The notes under the pieces are model-generated. The model did no database searches and was not told the DNA's origin. It saw only the letters and a program-made list of their open reading frames with translations. The translations under genes and the position numbers were made by a program. From Haliotis rubra (lineage: Eukaryota), in NCBI RefSeq assembly GCF_003918875.1, contig NW_025767038.1:372001-436000 (forward strand): a DNA stretch of 64,000 bases. The letters run 5' to 3'. Shown here piece after piece: positions 37,726 to 51,167 of the stretch (the first letter of the stretch is position 1; each line of letters begins with the position of its first letter).

Positions 37726-39645
37726 TTACTTCATCTCCAGTTCATACATTTCTTCAGAGAGGTCGGGGTCACCTAGATGTGTCTTTGTTGGGAACGTTGT
37801 ATCGTCGGTGACATCATCATCTTTAAATGAAAATGACAATGAACTAATATCAGAGAAGACAGCTGTTGACATACTGGTTATGAATATGATTAGTACCAAT
37901 ATACTAAAAAATAATAAAACTATATAATGCGTTCATATATATTACTAAGACTTTCGACAGTGTCTGGAAACTTGGCTTAGTGAAAGTTAGTGAAATATTG
38001 CTTACAGGAACATTGTAGAGATTGAAACAACATACGACCTACGTAGCTAGTCAAGGTTAACATTTATCTCCTTTGCTATTTTCAACAGTTACGATGTAAA
38101 TTACCTATAACATTTTACTTTTTTTATACATGGCTGCAAAGGGTTGGATATTAAAAGTTTGGACGATGGGAACATATTTACATGTGGTGCACTCCATTCT
38201 TGCTGATACTATATGCTAATGGCGTTGTCTCATTACGAGAAGACCTTGCATCTCCTGAAGCTACTTTCTAAGTTTTATGTGTTATTGAAGTGCAAAATAT
38301 TGCAAAAAAAACCCCAAACACCCAAACTCTCTGACATTGTAATGTAAGACATTACAAAAGTCGACGTATTTTTATCTTAGGCGACGAAGACATTTATGTA
38401 AAACATCATTGCGCCTAATTATGTTCCGTCAAAAGAAACAACATTTCAAAACGATAAAAACTTCAATTTGTCGAAAACCATTAAAAGCTAATTTATGTCT
38501 ACTAACGAATCCACAAAATACTACCTATAGTCAACCTCTCGATTCTCGTTTAATATCTGTAGCATGAGGGTGCACGTATATGTTATAGATCAGAGGTATG
38601 GGGTTTTGTAAACATTGATCAGCAGCGCTTGCCTTCTGTAAAACGACAGATCAAGATTCGCTAGGCGTTCTCCTGATCCGACCGTTTATTGGGTGTCCGC
38701 AGATCTCAACACAGAGTAGCATTGTGCTTGTGTGTTGTTTGACTCCACACTAAGCATTATTACAGCTAAGGGACGACGGTTGTAAACACACCAGACCGAA
38801 CCCGGCTATCCATTGGTTCTGGGGAACGTGCAATCTTAACCGAAATCCCCATAGTATCGTTATGCAGGGAGGTACCTTAAGGTGTAAAGCAGATTCTTGG
38901 GAGATTACGACAGATAGCTTCCAACACCAACGACAGAGTCAAGTTCAAGTGTAAGGCGGTCATAATGTGTGGCCAGTCTTATTGCCTGTTATAGTACATC
39001 GACGACTTGGGTTAGAATATGTACCCAACACAATATATATACCCAATTTATGTACCCAATTGCTTGTGGCAGTCGTCCTTTTGACTTCCGAGTGGTTTGT
39101 CTGTGCGTCTTTTAGTGTTGTGTGAACACTATTTTCTTTATCGATGAATCAATTCAGAGGCGTTGAATGAACGAGTGCCAAGATTACAGGTGAATTATTG
39201 ACAAGCAAAGGACAGATTTCATAGCGAATATCAAATTGAGTCATCCGTTAATTGACAATTTCTTTGCGAGTCACAAAAAATGCATGATTTTATTCCCATG
39301 TTTTGGGGGCGGCCTGTAGTTATCAAATCCCAACCAATGATTGATCGTCGTCGACCTGTACCATGACAAAGAATAAGTATCGCGTCAATTATTTTAGCAC
39401 CCGACCATAGCTTTGTTGGGTATTGTAAGGATGATGATTGAACATCTTTGTTGCAATTGTATTTTACCAGATTCAGTAGTGTCTTCAGTTGTGTCTTCAG
39501 TCGTGTCCTCGGTGTCGTCCTCAGTTGTGTCCTCCGTCGTATCCTCGGTGTGGTCCTCAGTTGTGTCCTCAGTAGTGTCCTCCGTTGTTTCAGTGTAGGC
39601 CAGGTGGAGGAACAATCCCAAGAAAAGGAGAAGTCTCAGTTTCAT
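37726..39645 (-). CDS. Secreted (TTED)n Thr/Glu/Asp-rich acidic protein, 90 aa
   Basis: Exons 39645-39468 (MKLRLLLFLGLFLHLAYTETTEDTTEDTTEDHTEDTTEDTTEDDTEDTTEDTTEDTTES, phase 1) and 37820-37726 (DDDVTDDTTFPTKTHLGDPDLSEEMYELEMK*). AATAAA at 37626-37621; acceptor before the ATG at 39668-39667. Confidence 0.88.
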
Positions 39646-40468
39646 GGTGTCTTTTTCGTATTCGTGCTGTAAGGTTAAGTTACAAAGCATGGTAAAGAGA
39701 TCAGGAATATGGCGTGATAATTCTGAAGTGCGATGTGTGCCCGTGTCTTGTATATATATGTGTATGTGTGTGTGTGATTGCATGAAATAATTCCGTTTCT
39801 TTTTGTGTCAGGCCACTGCCATATCATTCTAGAGTTAATCGTCCTCTTATTATGCTAATTCCGAGCCAACGGGTTCGCGTTCTCAACAACGCGGAGAACC
39901 AAGAGAGATACCGACAAGAACCATCATTTATCGCATTTTGGTACTGTCTGGAACGGCATCGAAGCAGCGACATTCTAATCTATTCAATATATCCAAGAGA
40001 CAACTCAGGTGTATGTATTATGTTATGTACAAAATAATTATGTAAAGCTGATGATATCTGCAGATGTAAAATACATTTGATGAATTACAGGACATTCAAT
40101 GCTCGCCATAGAATCAAGCTGATTAATCAGCTACACTTCTTTCCGTAGAGATCAGATTTACAAACTTCGCTTCCTCGTCAGATGTTCAATTTTTGCGTCA
40201 ACTAATCATGTTATTACATTCACATTTATACTAGCTGCTTATGGTGTTTGGCCTGTGGTAACATTATCCACAACTGGCAAATTACATTATTTCTAGTCTC
40301 AAGAGAATTATTTACCATCATCTGAAGTCATTTCCTCATTTTGATCTCCTCTTTCCAAAATGTATTTCTTTATCATTGTTGAGATACAGAACAAGTAACC
40401 ATAGTTTTCCTATTGTTCTAATCCCTCCTTTAGTTTGTAAAACTGTGAGAGACATATGTCATACTTAC

Positions 40469-40537
40469 CGAGGTAGCTGACGCTGTCGACCCTGGTTTGT
40501 CTTTACTGACGGGTCTCCGTGTCCCGGCTTTTAAATA
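40469..40537 (-). promoter_or_regulatory. TATA-like box, initiator and non-coding exon 1 of the TTED gene
   Basis: TATTTAAAA at 40537-40529, TCAGT Inr at 40509-40505 at canonical spacing, GTAAGT donor at 40468-40463. Confidence 0.72.
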
Positions 40538-41269
40538 ACACTAGTACACTTGCGTGGGAGGAGGGACCAGGATAGCAATGTTGGACATTTTAGAACCTCG
40601 ACAACAGCGACCTTGCAGGACACACATTGTATAGAAATTGTAACATGTGGAGGATGAGTAAATTATGCATCGATATGGAAATACATAAACCAAATCAGAG
40701 TTCCACTGAAGCATAAGTTCTCATTTTACAGAATGTGTATGTAATACCATATCCAGTTCTTAAACACACCCGCATGCCACCTTATATTCACTTGGGTAGC
40801 AATTGTGCCAAGTGACAAGTCAAATAAGTGTCGATAGAAGCTAGAAATTGTTCTTTGCGATTATCATTGACAGACACTCAGTGATATTTACTTGACATCT
40901 TTTCGTGGATGCTGTCAATACATTCGATGGACCATGTTAGTTTAATGGCTTTATAAACGATCTACATGTACCGATATTGATCCTTTACTCTGTTCAGATA
41001 AATTGTGCGCCCTGACGTTAAATATTTTAATCGTTGTGGCTTTTTAATTAAACGTCTCGGATTTTAAATCGACTTAAATCGTAAATTAGAAATGGCAAAA
41101 TGTATTGTGGATGATCGACACGAAACACTTTGATCTGACTGTGAATGGTCTGGATGCTAACGTAGTTATTTTTATGTTTCCGTCTGTGTCTGTATTGTGT
41201 TCAACAGAGAGATGAGACCATCGTGGATAATATCATATTGGTATTTGTCCTCGATGCAGATAAGTATAA

Positions 41270-41465
41270 CCCTTGAAGATCCGGATATGGTCTTCCGCAA
41301 CCCATGCTTGTCGTACGACACATGTCATTGTATCCCAATTACGTAGATCGATGATTATAGTGTTGATCACTGGGTTGTCTGGTGCTTACTCGAATATTTA
41401 CAGACCGCCACCATATAGTTGGATTATTGCTGGGTGCCACGTAAAACAACAAACCAACAAAAACA
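41270..41465 (+). mobile_element. SINE family B (internally deleted)
   Basis: Similar to the other family B copies. Confidence 0.75.
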
Positions 41466-41549
41466 AATGAGTACATTTCAAAATGTAACAAAATTCTAAA
41501 ATGAGATTTCAACAATTTACCTCAATAAATGTTAGGAATTGATGCGATG

Positions 41550-42090
41550 TCACCCCCTGACATATCTCACGATTGAATGAGCCCCGATCTTAACCCTTTG
41601 GAGCATATCTGGGACATGAGTGGTCGTCGTATGCAACAAATGGATCCTCCTGTACTGAACCGGGCTAAATTGGAAGCTGCTTTACACGAGGAATGGCATA
41701 GTCAACCCCTTCAGAGGATCAGGAGGCTGATATGGGATATGAGGAGGAGAGTGCTGCCTGTTAGACAGTCACATGGAGGTTACACTGAGTCTCGGTATTG
41801 ACCTTGAGTCGTGTAAGACACGCAAAATCACATTTTGAATGTTCACATGCACCAACAAATTCAACATGAAACATTCCAGGGCCTACTTGAACAGACACGG
41901 TTTTGTATGAAAATCAGTATTTTTTTTAAATGAGCAATTGTCATCATAAAATCAACATGGATTCCAATCATTTTGCCGTTTTTATGACTCAAAAGATCAT
42001 ACGGGTCAGAAAAAACTCATGACGTTTAAAGTACGTGTTGAAATCTTATCATAGCACAAATACAGGGGTGCTTAATGAAATTATTTGTAT
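41550..42090 (+). mobile_element. Tc1/mariner deletion derivative, same family as 32019-32588
   Basis: MSPDLNPLEHIWD...MRRRVLPVRQSHGGYT and the same caccccctgacatatctcacg junction. Confidence 0.82.
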
Positions 42091-43498
42091 ATACATGTAT
42101 ATGGGCATTGTAATATGAGGGTAATGTCATATGATAATTACTTAGCACAACTTTCCTTGTGAGAGCACTGTGATTGGGTCGGTGTCTTTAGTGTATCAGT
42201 ATGATGAAACTATGGCGGTGACTGTACCCTAGCAAAAGGTAAATATTATACCCTGTGATAATCAAGGAAGGTTTTACGCGACTGCAGGTTTAAGTAGGTA
42301 GATTGAAAAGGGTCTTGTACGTTGCAGGTTATACTGCACTAAATCAGATTCCGTAGTTTAACAAACACTTTGAGTCGGGAGCCTTCAGTGCAGATTGAAT
42401 CATTTGATAGCTGTGATTTGGTGATATTTTGTAAGACCTTTCTTTGTAACTGTACATCCATCCAGTAATTAAACTGACCATATTTGTCAATATTTAGTGT
42501 TGTCGTTTTTAACACAATAACTTATGCTGAATTTGGGCAGAGATATTTTCAAGTTGGTGACATTTGGTGCGGAACTGGGATTGTTGTGTTCAACTTCCTG
42601 TACTCGGAAAAGGAACTTTGTGTTTCTATTGTGGCTTAAAAGCGATACTGTGCATATATATATACATTTAGTGGTTTTAAACAAGACAATATCACGTTCC
42701 TATGGAAGTCTATGGGAAAAAACGCCGCCATAAAACTGAACTGACTTTCTCTATGGGAAAATATGTGGATTTGTGTAATCTGAAGACCTCCATTCTTTGC
42801 TACAACTACAGCCATTATTCACAAGAGTGGAAATGTGCCAACTACTGGGGCACTTTACGACGCCGACGCATGTGCTTGAAATTGAAAGAAAGTACACAAA
42901 GTCAATACTAACGACAAAGGTTGGATTGGATTGGATTGGAACACAGAGTTATCCGATATCCAATAATTGACATTACCATTTTAATGCAAATACATGAACG
43001 TATAAATCCACGGATGCTGCGATTGATTTTAATTCAAGTAGTTTACAACGGACACTTTAACTACTCCATGATGCTCGAGGCTTTATACATTATGTCGATG
43101 TCGATACATAAACAGTACCAGGATTTTGAAATTGAAATTGCAGTACAGTTGCAACACATATTGCGCACACTATAAATGCAGCTGGTTAAGAGTCCATTGG
43201 ATAACATGTAAGGTTTTAGAAAGAGGAGGATGTTTATCCAGGTTAAATATTAGGTCACATTGTTTTGAAACAATGAACTATGACATAACCAATCCTTATT
43301 GTGCTGAGACAATGTAAGAACAGTAAATACTGTTGTAATAGATATATGTTAGATACATTTGGGAGCTGTATAATCAACGAAGAAAAAGTTACCTTGTTAA
43401 TGTCAATTCTTTGTTGTTCAAAGAGGCGTTTTGTGCCCAGCTGTTTGATAAAGATACCGTTATCTGTTGCAATCAACCATAGTACGGTTATCAGTAAT

Positions 43499-43664
43499 GA
43501 GTGAGTGAGTGCGTTTGGTTTACGCCGCCTTTAGCAATATTCCAGTAATATCACGGCAGGGGACACCAGAAATGGGCTTCTCACATTGTACCCATGTCGG
43601 GAATCGAACCCGGGTGTTCGGCGTGACGAGCGAACGCTTTAACCATAAGGCTACCCCACCACCC
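43499..43664 (-). mobile_element. SINE family A
   Basis: Reverse complement of a full family A copy. Confidence 0.88.
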
Positions 43665-44636
43665 CTGTCAGTGAGGTATGTTAGAAGTAGGAATATTTTA
43701 AGTTCTCACGTCTTGTCGACTTGTTCGCGTTCACCAGTTGTTTAAGACGACGCAATTGGCTGTACTGAGTAGTCTCAAGAAGATATCAAGATCAAATGGT
43801 CATGAGTTAATCCAGAATTGTGCCCTATAGAGGCCCATGCTATCACAGCACCAATAGCATTTCGAGTCACAGTGGGTATCCTCCCGTTTTTAACTCCGTG
43901 ACATAACAAGAGTAAGGTTTAACTTATCGGCGGGAACGTCCCTATGGGTATATACCTGACAATCACAGTGATGCTGCCACATTTGTACGCAGGGTTGGAC
44001 TAAATTAACCTCTAGGCAGACATGTAATGTCAGGGCTAAATGTACTGATCAAACGCCAAATGTAACCACAGTCAGAAATCAGATTGATGTCTGATAATTG
44101 CAGTCGGGCCCGATCTTCACACTACTAATTACCTCTTCCATGAAAAGTATTAAAAAAAACAATTCACAAGTTTACGTATATATTTTACATCATCTTAAAC
44201 CACATGAAACAGTTCTCTTTAGTTGTGTGTGAGTTTAGAAACGCTTTGGTGGCGATCGATAATACTTCATTTGTTACAAAATGTACGTAAAAAAGAGAGG
44301 AGACATCATCCTTTTTCAGAGAAAGCCATTATTGTTTAACATGAATGCTTTTTCAGTACTCGCTTTGTCTTGTGATGGAGATTTTTTTTCAAAAGTGGGT
44401 TGTCCGTAATATCGGTTCCATTGGGATCTGTTTCAAAGATGGCATTATCACCTTGAAATAATTCAGGTCAAATTTATACTTTTGAAAATATGTTTTATAA
44501 TTTGGTATTGACAAAGACATATCTAAAGTTGAGAGCACATGAAAATGTTCTGTCAAAAGATAATACAATAAACACAAATGTCTTAAATCCATTTGACTTT
44601 AGGAGACACGAAGGTAGGGTTAGGAACCAATGTTGC

Positions 44637-47249
44637 CTAGCCATTAGTTCTTGATGTGGAGACGATGTCATCGTTAGTGTTCGCGGCAGCAACAGTTGGG
44701 GGCTGTTCGTTCAAACTGCACACCACCTCTGTAGTTGACTCACACATACACTGGAAGTTGAGCACCATGTACCACTTGTTAAGGTCGAAGCAGTTCTGTT
44801 CGTCCAGTATCCCACACTGCTCTGAAAAGTCGTAAATACTGGTCTGTACATTGACAGTAGCATTCAGCTAGTCAGTCTGAAAATTACAGTGCTCAGGGCC
44901 AGAACATATTTTATAAGCCAGAACACTAGTATTGACCTTTATCCACCCACAAAAAGAAAAAATAAACACATGTATTGAAGACATGATGTGACTGACTACT
45001 GACCCGTTTCCTCTAAACACTTCATGTTTGGCATACCCGTGAAGATCCGGGTTAGAATTGATCGTCAGTAACCATGCTTGTCGTAAGAGGCGACTAGTGG
45101 GATCGGGTGGTCAGGCTCGCAGACTTGGTTGACGCATGTCATCGTATCTTAATTGTGTAGATCGGTGCTCATAATTTTGATCATTAGATTGTCTGGTCTA
45201 GACTCGAATATTTACAGAACGCCGTCATATGGCTGGAATCTTGCTGAGAGCGGCATTAAACAGCAGCCAACCAACCAACTATCATGTCTGGCACCTATGA
45301 CACGCCGCCTTTTAGCATGGCAACAAAGTGGACCTCTATACTGAAGAAAGACATTTTTGTGAAGTAACTGTGGTGCAAAGTACACCATTTATCATGACAG
45401 ACAGTTTCTTATGTAAAGCACTTAGCTTTTTTATTGCATTAGTACAAGAATACAGACATACTAATGAAAGGTAATGAATGCTTTTAAGTCACTTATGTCA
45501 TGGAATGAAATTTTACTAGTTGTTATATCAGTGTTGAAATATAGGGAAATTACATAAAGACTAGTCCAGGAAACATGATTAATAAGCATACCTTTAGCAC
45601 CGGAGTTAACGAGCCACATGTACTTCTTCCCATTGAAAGTGTGGTCCGAATCCTTGCACACAAATGCTTGGCAGCCATACCGTTCCAGTCCCGGAACACA
45701 ACCACCTTTTCCCATGCAGCCTGTTAACGGATAGAATATACAGGAGTGTGTTTTAGGTGTTATATTAGTAGGTAGCTGTTGGTAGCATCTGGATGTACTG
45801 TGATAAATCACTGAACTACAGTAGCGTTATTCGTGATATTGCCATCCCCGCACGCAACATCAAGAATATGACGATTATAGAGAGACGATATTAACATGAT
45901 GTATCAAGTTTAAGTCGCCTTTAAACACAGGGTTCCATATGAATGGCAACCGTGAAGATCCGGGTTAGAATTGATCTTCAGTAACCCATGTTTTTCGTAA
46001 GAGGTGACGAACGGGGTCGGGTGGCCAGTCTCGCTGACTTGGGTGACACATGTCATCGTATCCCAATGGCGTAGATCGAAGCGTGTGCTGTTGATCACTG
46101 GGTTTTCTGGTCGAGACTCGATTATTGACAGACCACCGCCATATACCTGGAATAGCGGCGTAAAACCAAACTCATTCACTCACGCCATATAAATGGAAGA
46201 CACTCAATACCAATGGTGATCAGTCAATCCATCATCCCATCCATTTGTCAACACATCCGTCCAGCAGGTTCATTACACACACAATGAGTACATAACCATA
46301 ACAGTTAGAACAAAAAGCTGCTGTCAAAGAATAAAACACACATTACCAAGCAACGGCCTGCCATAGAACCTCACCTGAACCTTCTTTAAGGCTGACACCG
46401 GTATTGGTACAGAGATAGGTAACACAAGGTCCTGTGATGTCCAGACTAAACTCTCCATCATAGATTTTCGTAGTGCCGTTTATATCGCATCCCTCCTCGT
46501 TCAAGGTGTACACAATTTCAGCTGAAAACATTACGAATGTATCACTGACCTTCTGTAATTACTCTATTGTGAAGGTATCGATATATAAATGTCCCTGCTT
46601 TTCCCTTGAAGTACATGGTCACTTAATTAAAAATAAAACGAAAATAAAACCACAATAAAACACAAACAACATTTTACTTCTGACCATGACCTCGATGTGT
46701 CACGCTCTTTCAGGGACTCAGAGGAGGTGCACAGCAATATTTTATATTTGCTGTTTTCATAATTATATCAACAATATAAATCACTGAATTGTCTGGTCTA
46801 TCACTGAACTGATATGGAAGGAACATTGCTGAGTGTAGCATCTATTTACATGGATTAAAGGATGACGTCAACTTTGACCGGCGTATCGCTGTATTTGTAA
46901 CTAACAGGGGACACAGAATTGGGTGTTATAACACTGCTTATATAAGTGGGTGTCAGATATCAACATTTACGTCAAATATACGTAAGTATGACGTAAGCTG
47001 AAACAGCGTCTCCTCGCTGCACCATGGCTGTAGCTTTTCCAGTAAGATACATAACTACCATTTTTTGAAGACAGAATGTCAAAATACAGTGCACAGTTAA
47101 AAGTGAACACATCACAAATATTTTGGTCGTAGATTTTGTTCATTCTGTTTACCATATAGCTCTGGTTGGAGTGTCATTGAGATTATTCCTGGTCTGGACA
47201 TCACAACCGGCATCAAGGTAAGGGCAATGGACACCAACACCCAGCGCAT
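44637..47249 (-). CDS. Secreted cysteine-rich protein (12 Cys, VWC/fibronectin-I-like modules), ~185 aa
   Basis: Four exons joined by phase-1 introns: 47249-47153 (MRWVLVSIALTLMPVVMSRPGIISMTLQPELY), 46521-46375 (AEIVYTLNEEGCDINGTTKIYDGEFSLDITGPCVTYLCTNTGVSLKEGS), 45720-45592 (GCMGKGGCVPGLERYGCQAFVCKDSDHTFNGKKYMWLVNSGAK), 44821-44637 (EQCGILDEQNCFDLNKWYMVLNFQCMCESTTEVVCSLNEQPPTVAAANTNDDIVSTSRTNG*). All GT-AG and in frame. An upstream exon ending at 48279 may add MLMEMPSSRRPALA. The domain label is tentative. Confidence 0.85.
45036..45280 (+). mobile_element. SINE family B in an intron of the Cys-rich gene
   Basis: cccgtgaagatccgggttagaattg...gcggcattaaac. Confidence 0.85.
45950..46183 (+). 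mobile_element. SINE family B in an intron of the Cys-rich gene
   Basis: ccgtgaagatccgggttagaattg...aaactcattcactc. Confidence 0.85.
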
Positions 47250-49690
47250 TGCCAGTGCAGGGCGCCGTGATGAAGCTGGAATAGACATGATCGCGTTTAC
47301 CACAGGGATCAACAGTTACGTATGGGTGCGGAAACGCAATTTCACTAGACTCCAGTTGTCGGATATGTCCAATTCCCACTGTGTCAAACTCACATTCCGA
47401 ATATGGCAATGCGTTGCCACGACCACTGTTGTGTCGAAGTTAAATGAGCCTACATACTTCTAGCCATCAAACGTTCGATGCAAACGAAAAATGATGACTA
47501 TTGAAAGAATATCCATTGACCAAGTTTTTACGCTCGACACATCAACGTTCAACCCAACGGTGTTTGGCTGTCAGTGTATTATGCCGATGTGTATCCAGTA
47601 CTTAGTCATCATACAACATCATACAGACACTCTCACTGGATTCAAATCAAACCTCAAGACACACCTTTTCACGTTTGTTTGTTGATCAGTGAAATTATAT
47701 TTCTCAGACACAAAAGCGCTTTTCAGCAGTATGTTCCTGGATATCAACATTTTACAAGTTTTAGTATAGATGTATAGATAGATATATACAGCTTTCTTTG
47801 ACAAATAATATTCCAGCTACGAGAAGGATACGGTTACAGTTACCATATATATTAGAGCCTTTGACAAATTTAAAGATAGACAAATACAGAGGCTCTGACT
47901 TTTTACGCGTCTATTTAAGCTAAATTCATATGAGAATTGTTTTTGATGCAATGGAAATTGTCAAAGAAAATCATAGGCACATAGTCTAAATTTGATAGGG
48001 CAGTCGACCTATTAACTCTAGAAAATAAACTTCAGCCGAGATATTCCCTGTATTAAGCATGACAATAAGAAAAAAGACCTGATGAAACTCTACCTTGGCA
48101 AACAACCTATTTAATGGAGAACTCATCGATTCTTTCTCCGTTTCTTTATGTAAGCTCAAATGTCCATAATTCCATAATTTGCTTGTGACAAAGTTACACA
48201 AAAAGTTATTTTCAATACTACAAATACCACTGTTTTCTCAAAGCACCCGACCTTTAGACTTTAAGATCATATACTTACGCATCTCCATCAGCATCTTGCA
48301 GGGATGGTTTTCCTGAGAGGACAATTCGGAGATGAGTGTATACGAAGAAGACTTGACAGAAGCCCCAATCCCATTGGGTACTTTAGGAAATGTAAACCTT
48401 ACAAAGAGGTAACGCACCTTACGCAACATCTGTGACCGTGACAAATGCTAGGCTACGACAAGGTTTCTGATAAAGCAAGCACGGCAATTGATAAAGATGT
48501 GCATTCATTTCAAGCTTTGCATTCATAGCAGTGTCAGGTTTATTATGAATATTATGATGGAAATGACTGGTGATCAAATATAAAGGAGAGATCCTTTCTG
48601 TTTTCAGACAATATGTACAGTCTATGAAGTATTGATATAACCATACGATTAACGTCAATAGGTTAAGATGCAGCTATTTGATGGCATTTTGTCGGTACTG
48701 GTGTCTGCTTGAGCATACAAAAAGATCCCCTGGGGTTACATTTCGATCCCGTCCCGTCGATGTTGTTGCCAGGCGCAATTTAGAAGCCTGATGCCGAATA
48801 TTTGTTTCTTGCTGGAAATTGTCGTTCGGGTTTCAAGCGACTAAATCCACGTGCTGTCAATTTTTAAATGACGTTCTCCGCGCAATCATTAAATGTATGA
48901 AACTGAACGATAGCTGCTCACTCGGAATGAAAACTCAGCACGGAGTTGTGACAAATGTTCCAGTGCAAACTCATGGAGTTTCAGACTGAATGGGATCCCA
49001 ACTTTTGAAAACCCAAAAGCGTTCTTTTTGTCGGATATAGGCTATTTTCCCGAAAACGTGCATTTTTCGTGTGTTGGCATTTTACCGAAAAACGGCGTTT
49101 TCCTATTTTAGTGCAGGGGCTTGTGTAATTCAGTGGGAATTACATGTTAATTTTTGGAACCAATACTAATTGTAATGACTATTGTGCATGGATTCAGGAA
49201 AAACATGGTTCCATTTTTCCTGTTAGCCATAACTGTCATTGTTGGGTAATTGATATGAGTTCCAAAAATTGCTTGCGACACCATTTCGAGAAAAACATGT
49301 TTTCATAAACATAAGTAACTTGCATAGTCAATCAATCCGTCACTAACATGCAAGAACGAGATATGCTGTTGAAATACAAGCTTCGACATTATTTGTCATA
49401 CAAACACAAGCATGAGTTCTTTTTTCTTCTTAATTTGGAAACTACAAGGGCCCTCGTTAGAGAACATGCCTCCGCATTGCATAGCAATTTCCTTTCACTA
49501 TTACATTTTTAAAGTACTACTGTGTATTGGGACTTTAATGTACTTTCACCGAACCGTACGCAGATAGCCCTTGTGTCATACCTAACATAACCACCAAGAT
49601 TCATTCAAATCCATCCATAACTTTTTTAGTTATTATTCATATCCTCCATTTTTTAACATTGTGATTATGTAGTACATGTACATTAACATA

Positions 49691-51167
49691 CACTCTTCCA
49701 ACACAAATGAAAGTTGGTACGCAAATGTCAAATCAAGCATGTTTTGAGGATTGAATATTGCTGTTGGTATGGTTTAGAAGAACATGCGTGAGCGAATGCA
49801 ACCATAAACAATTTTGAATGGTTTTATTGACCATGATTGTCATGATGAGCTTGACTGGTATGGAATACAACCAAAAGCCGCAATTATAGCTTTTTCGCGT
49901 GCAACCTATGACTATAAAATACCCAAATGTATGTCCTAAATTCACCCAGGACCCTTGCAAATATTGGATGAGAAAATGGGACGTCTCAGCGATGCCCACC
50001 GAAATATTGCCATTGGACGATTACAAGCTGGCGAATCCAAGAGTGTCGTGGCGAAGACCTTCAGCGTTCATCCCAGCACAATACCTCGTTTGTGGGATCG
50101 TTTTGTGCATTCCATTTCGACAAATGACCAACCAAGACCAGGAAGACCGTGAGTCACCACACAGCCCAAGATCGATACATCCGGGTAACCCAATTACGTG
50201 ACAGCCATCATTCCGCCCGGGACACTGCACAAGAACGGTTTGTAGCCCGGAGAATGTCCGACCAGACAAAGAGGAACCGTTTCCGAGAGGTAGATATGCG
50301 TGCCAGACGTCCACAAGTTGAACCCTCTCTGACACGATTACATCAACGTCCGTGAGTCAGGTGGTGTAACGCGGTGCACTCATTGGCCTTGGAAACTGGA
50401 CGCACATGTGGTTTAATGATGAATCGCGGTATCCCCCAAAGCAACGTGACGGAAGACAGCGTGTCTACAGACCACGGAAAGAACGTTTTGCATCCAAATG
50501 CATTAAGCAAGTGGACAGATTTGGTGGAGATGGTGTGATGATGTGGGGAGCTATGTCATGCACCTGCAGATCGGAATTGGTGCTCGTCCAAGGCAATCTA
50601 AATGCCGCGAGATATATCGACCAGATTCTCTGTCCTCACGTGCATCGTCTTGTCGACCGCCAAAGGGAGCTGTACCACCAGGACAACGCCAGACCTCACA
50701 CAGCACGTGCTACAGTGGACTACCTGGACAAAAACAACATCAGTGTCCTCCCCTGGCCCTCCAGATCCCCGGATCTGAAACCAATTGATTATGTGTGGGA
50801 TCAGATAGATAACCGTGTACGTCAACATCGTAATCCGCCATTGAGGCTTTAACAGTAACTGTTGTTAAACATGCTGCAGGAGGAATGTAGGATTCCACAA
50901 CGAAACATCCAACAACTGATTCAATCTGTGTCAAGGAGGTGCCGTGCAGTTCTAGCAGTAAGAGGTGGCCCTAGAAGGTAGTAACGTCAACGTCACCTCG
51001 TGGACAGCAGTAATGACTATGATGACTATCATTCTTTGAAGTGTGTACGAGATACCAACGTATTGCTCTACATAATTTCAATGCTCAACCGTTTATTTTC
51101 GTTGATTTACATAACTGAATAAGTTTTCAATGATATTTTGCTTTTGCGTTTCTTTTTTTGAAGAGTG
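49691..51167 (+). mobile_element. Full-length but inactivated Tc1/mariner transposon
   Basis: TA-flanked ends cactcttc / gaagagtg; transposase ~49976-50983 (MGRLSDAHRNIAIGRL..HTH; WFNDESRY; HQDNARPH; SPDLKPIDYVW) with stops and frameshifts. Confidence 0.92.

Noticed and set aside
39413-39672. Plus-strand VVSS-repeat ORFs
   Set aside because: Antisense shadow of the TTED exon.
26380-40560. Shared CCACGCA motif near the TATA boxes of three genes
   Set aside because: Seven bases, opposite orientation in one gene, and two of the instances are paralogous; too weak to claim.
47149-47409. 86 aa ORF MPYSECEFD...
   Set aside because: Overlaps the signal-peptide exon in a different frame and does not join the downstream exons.
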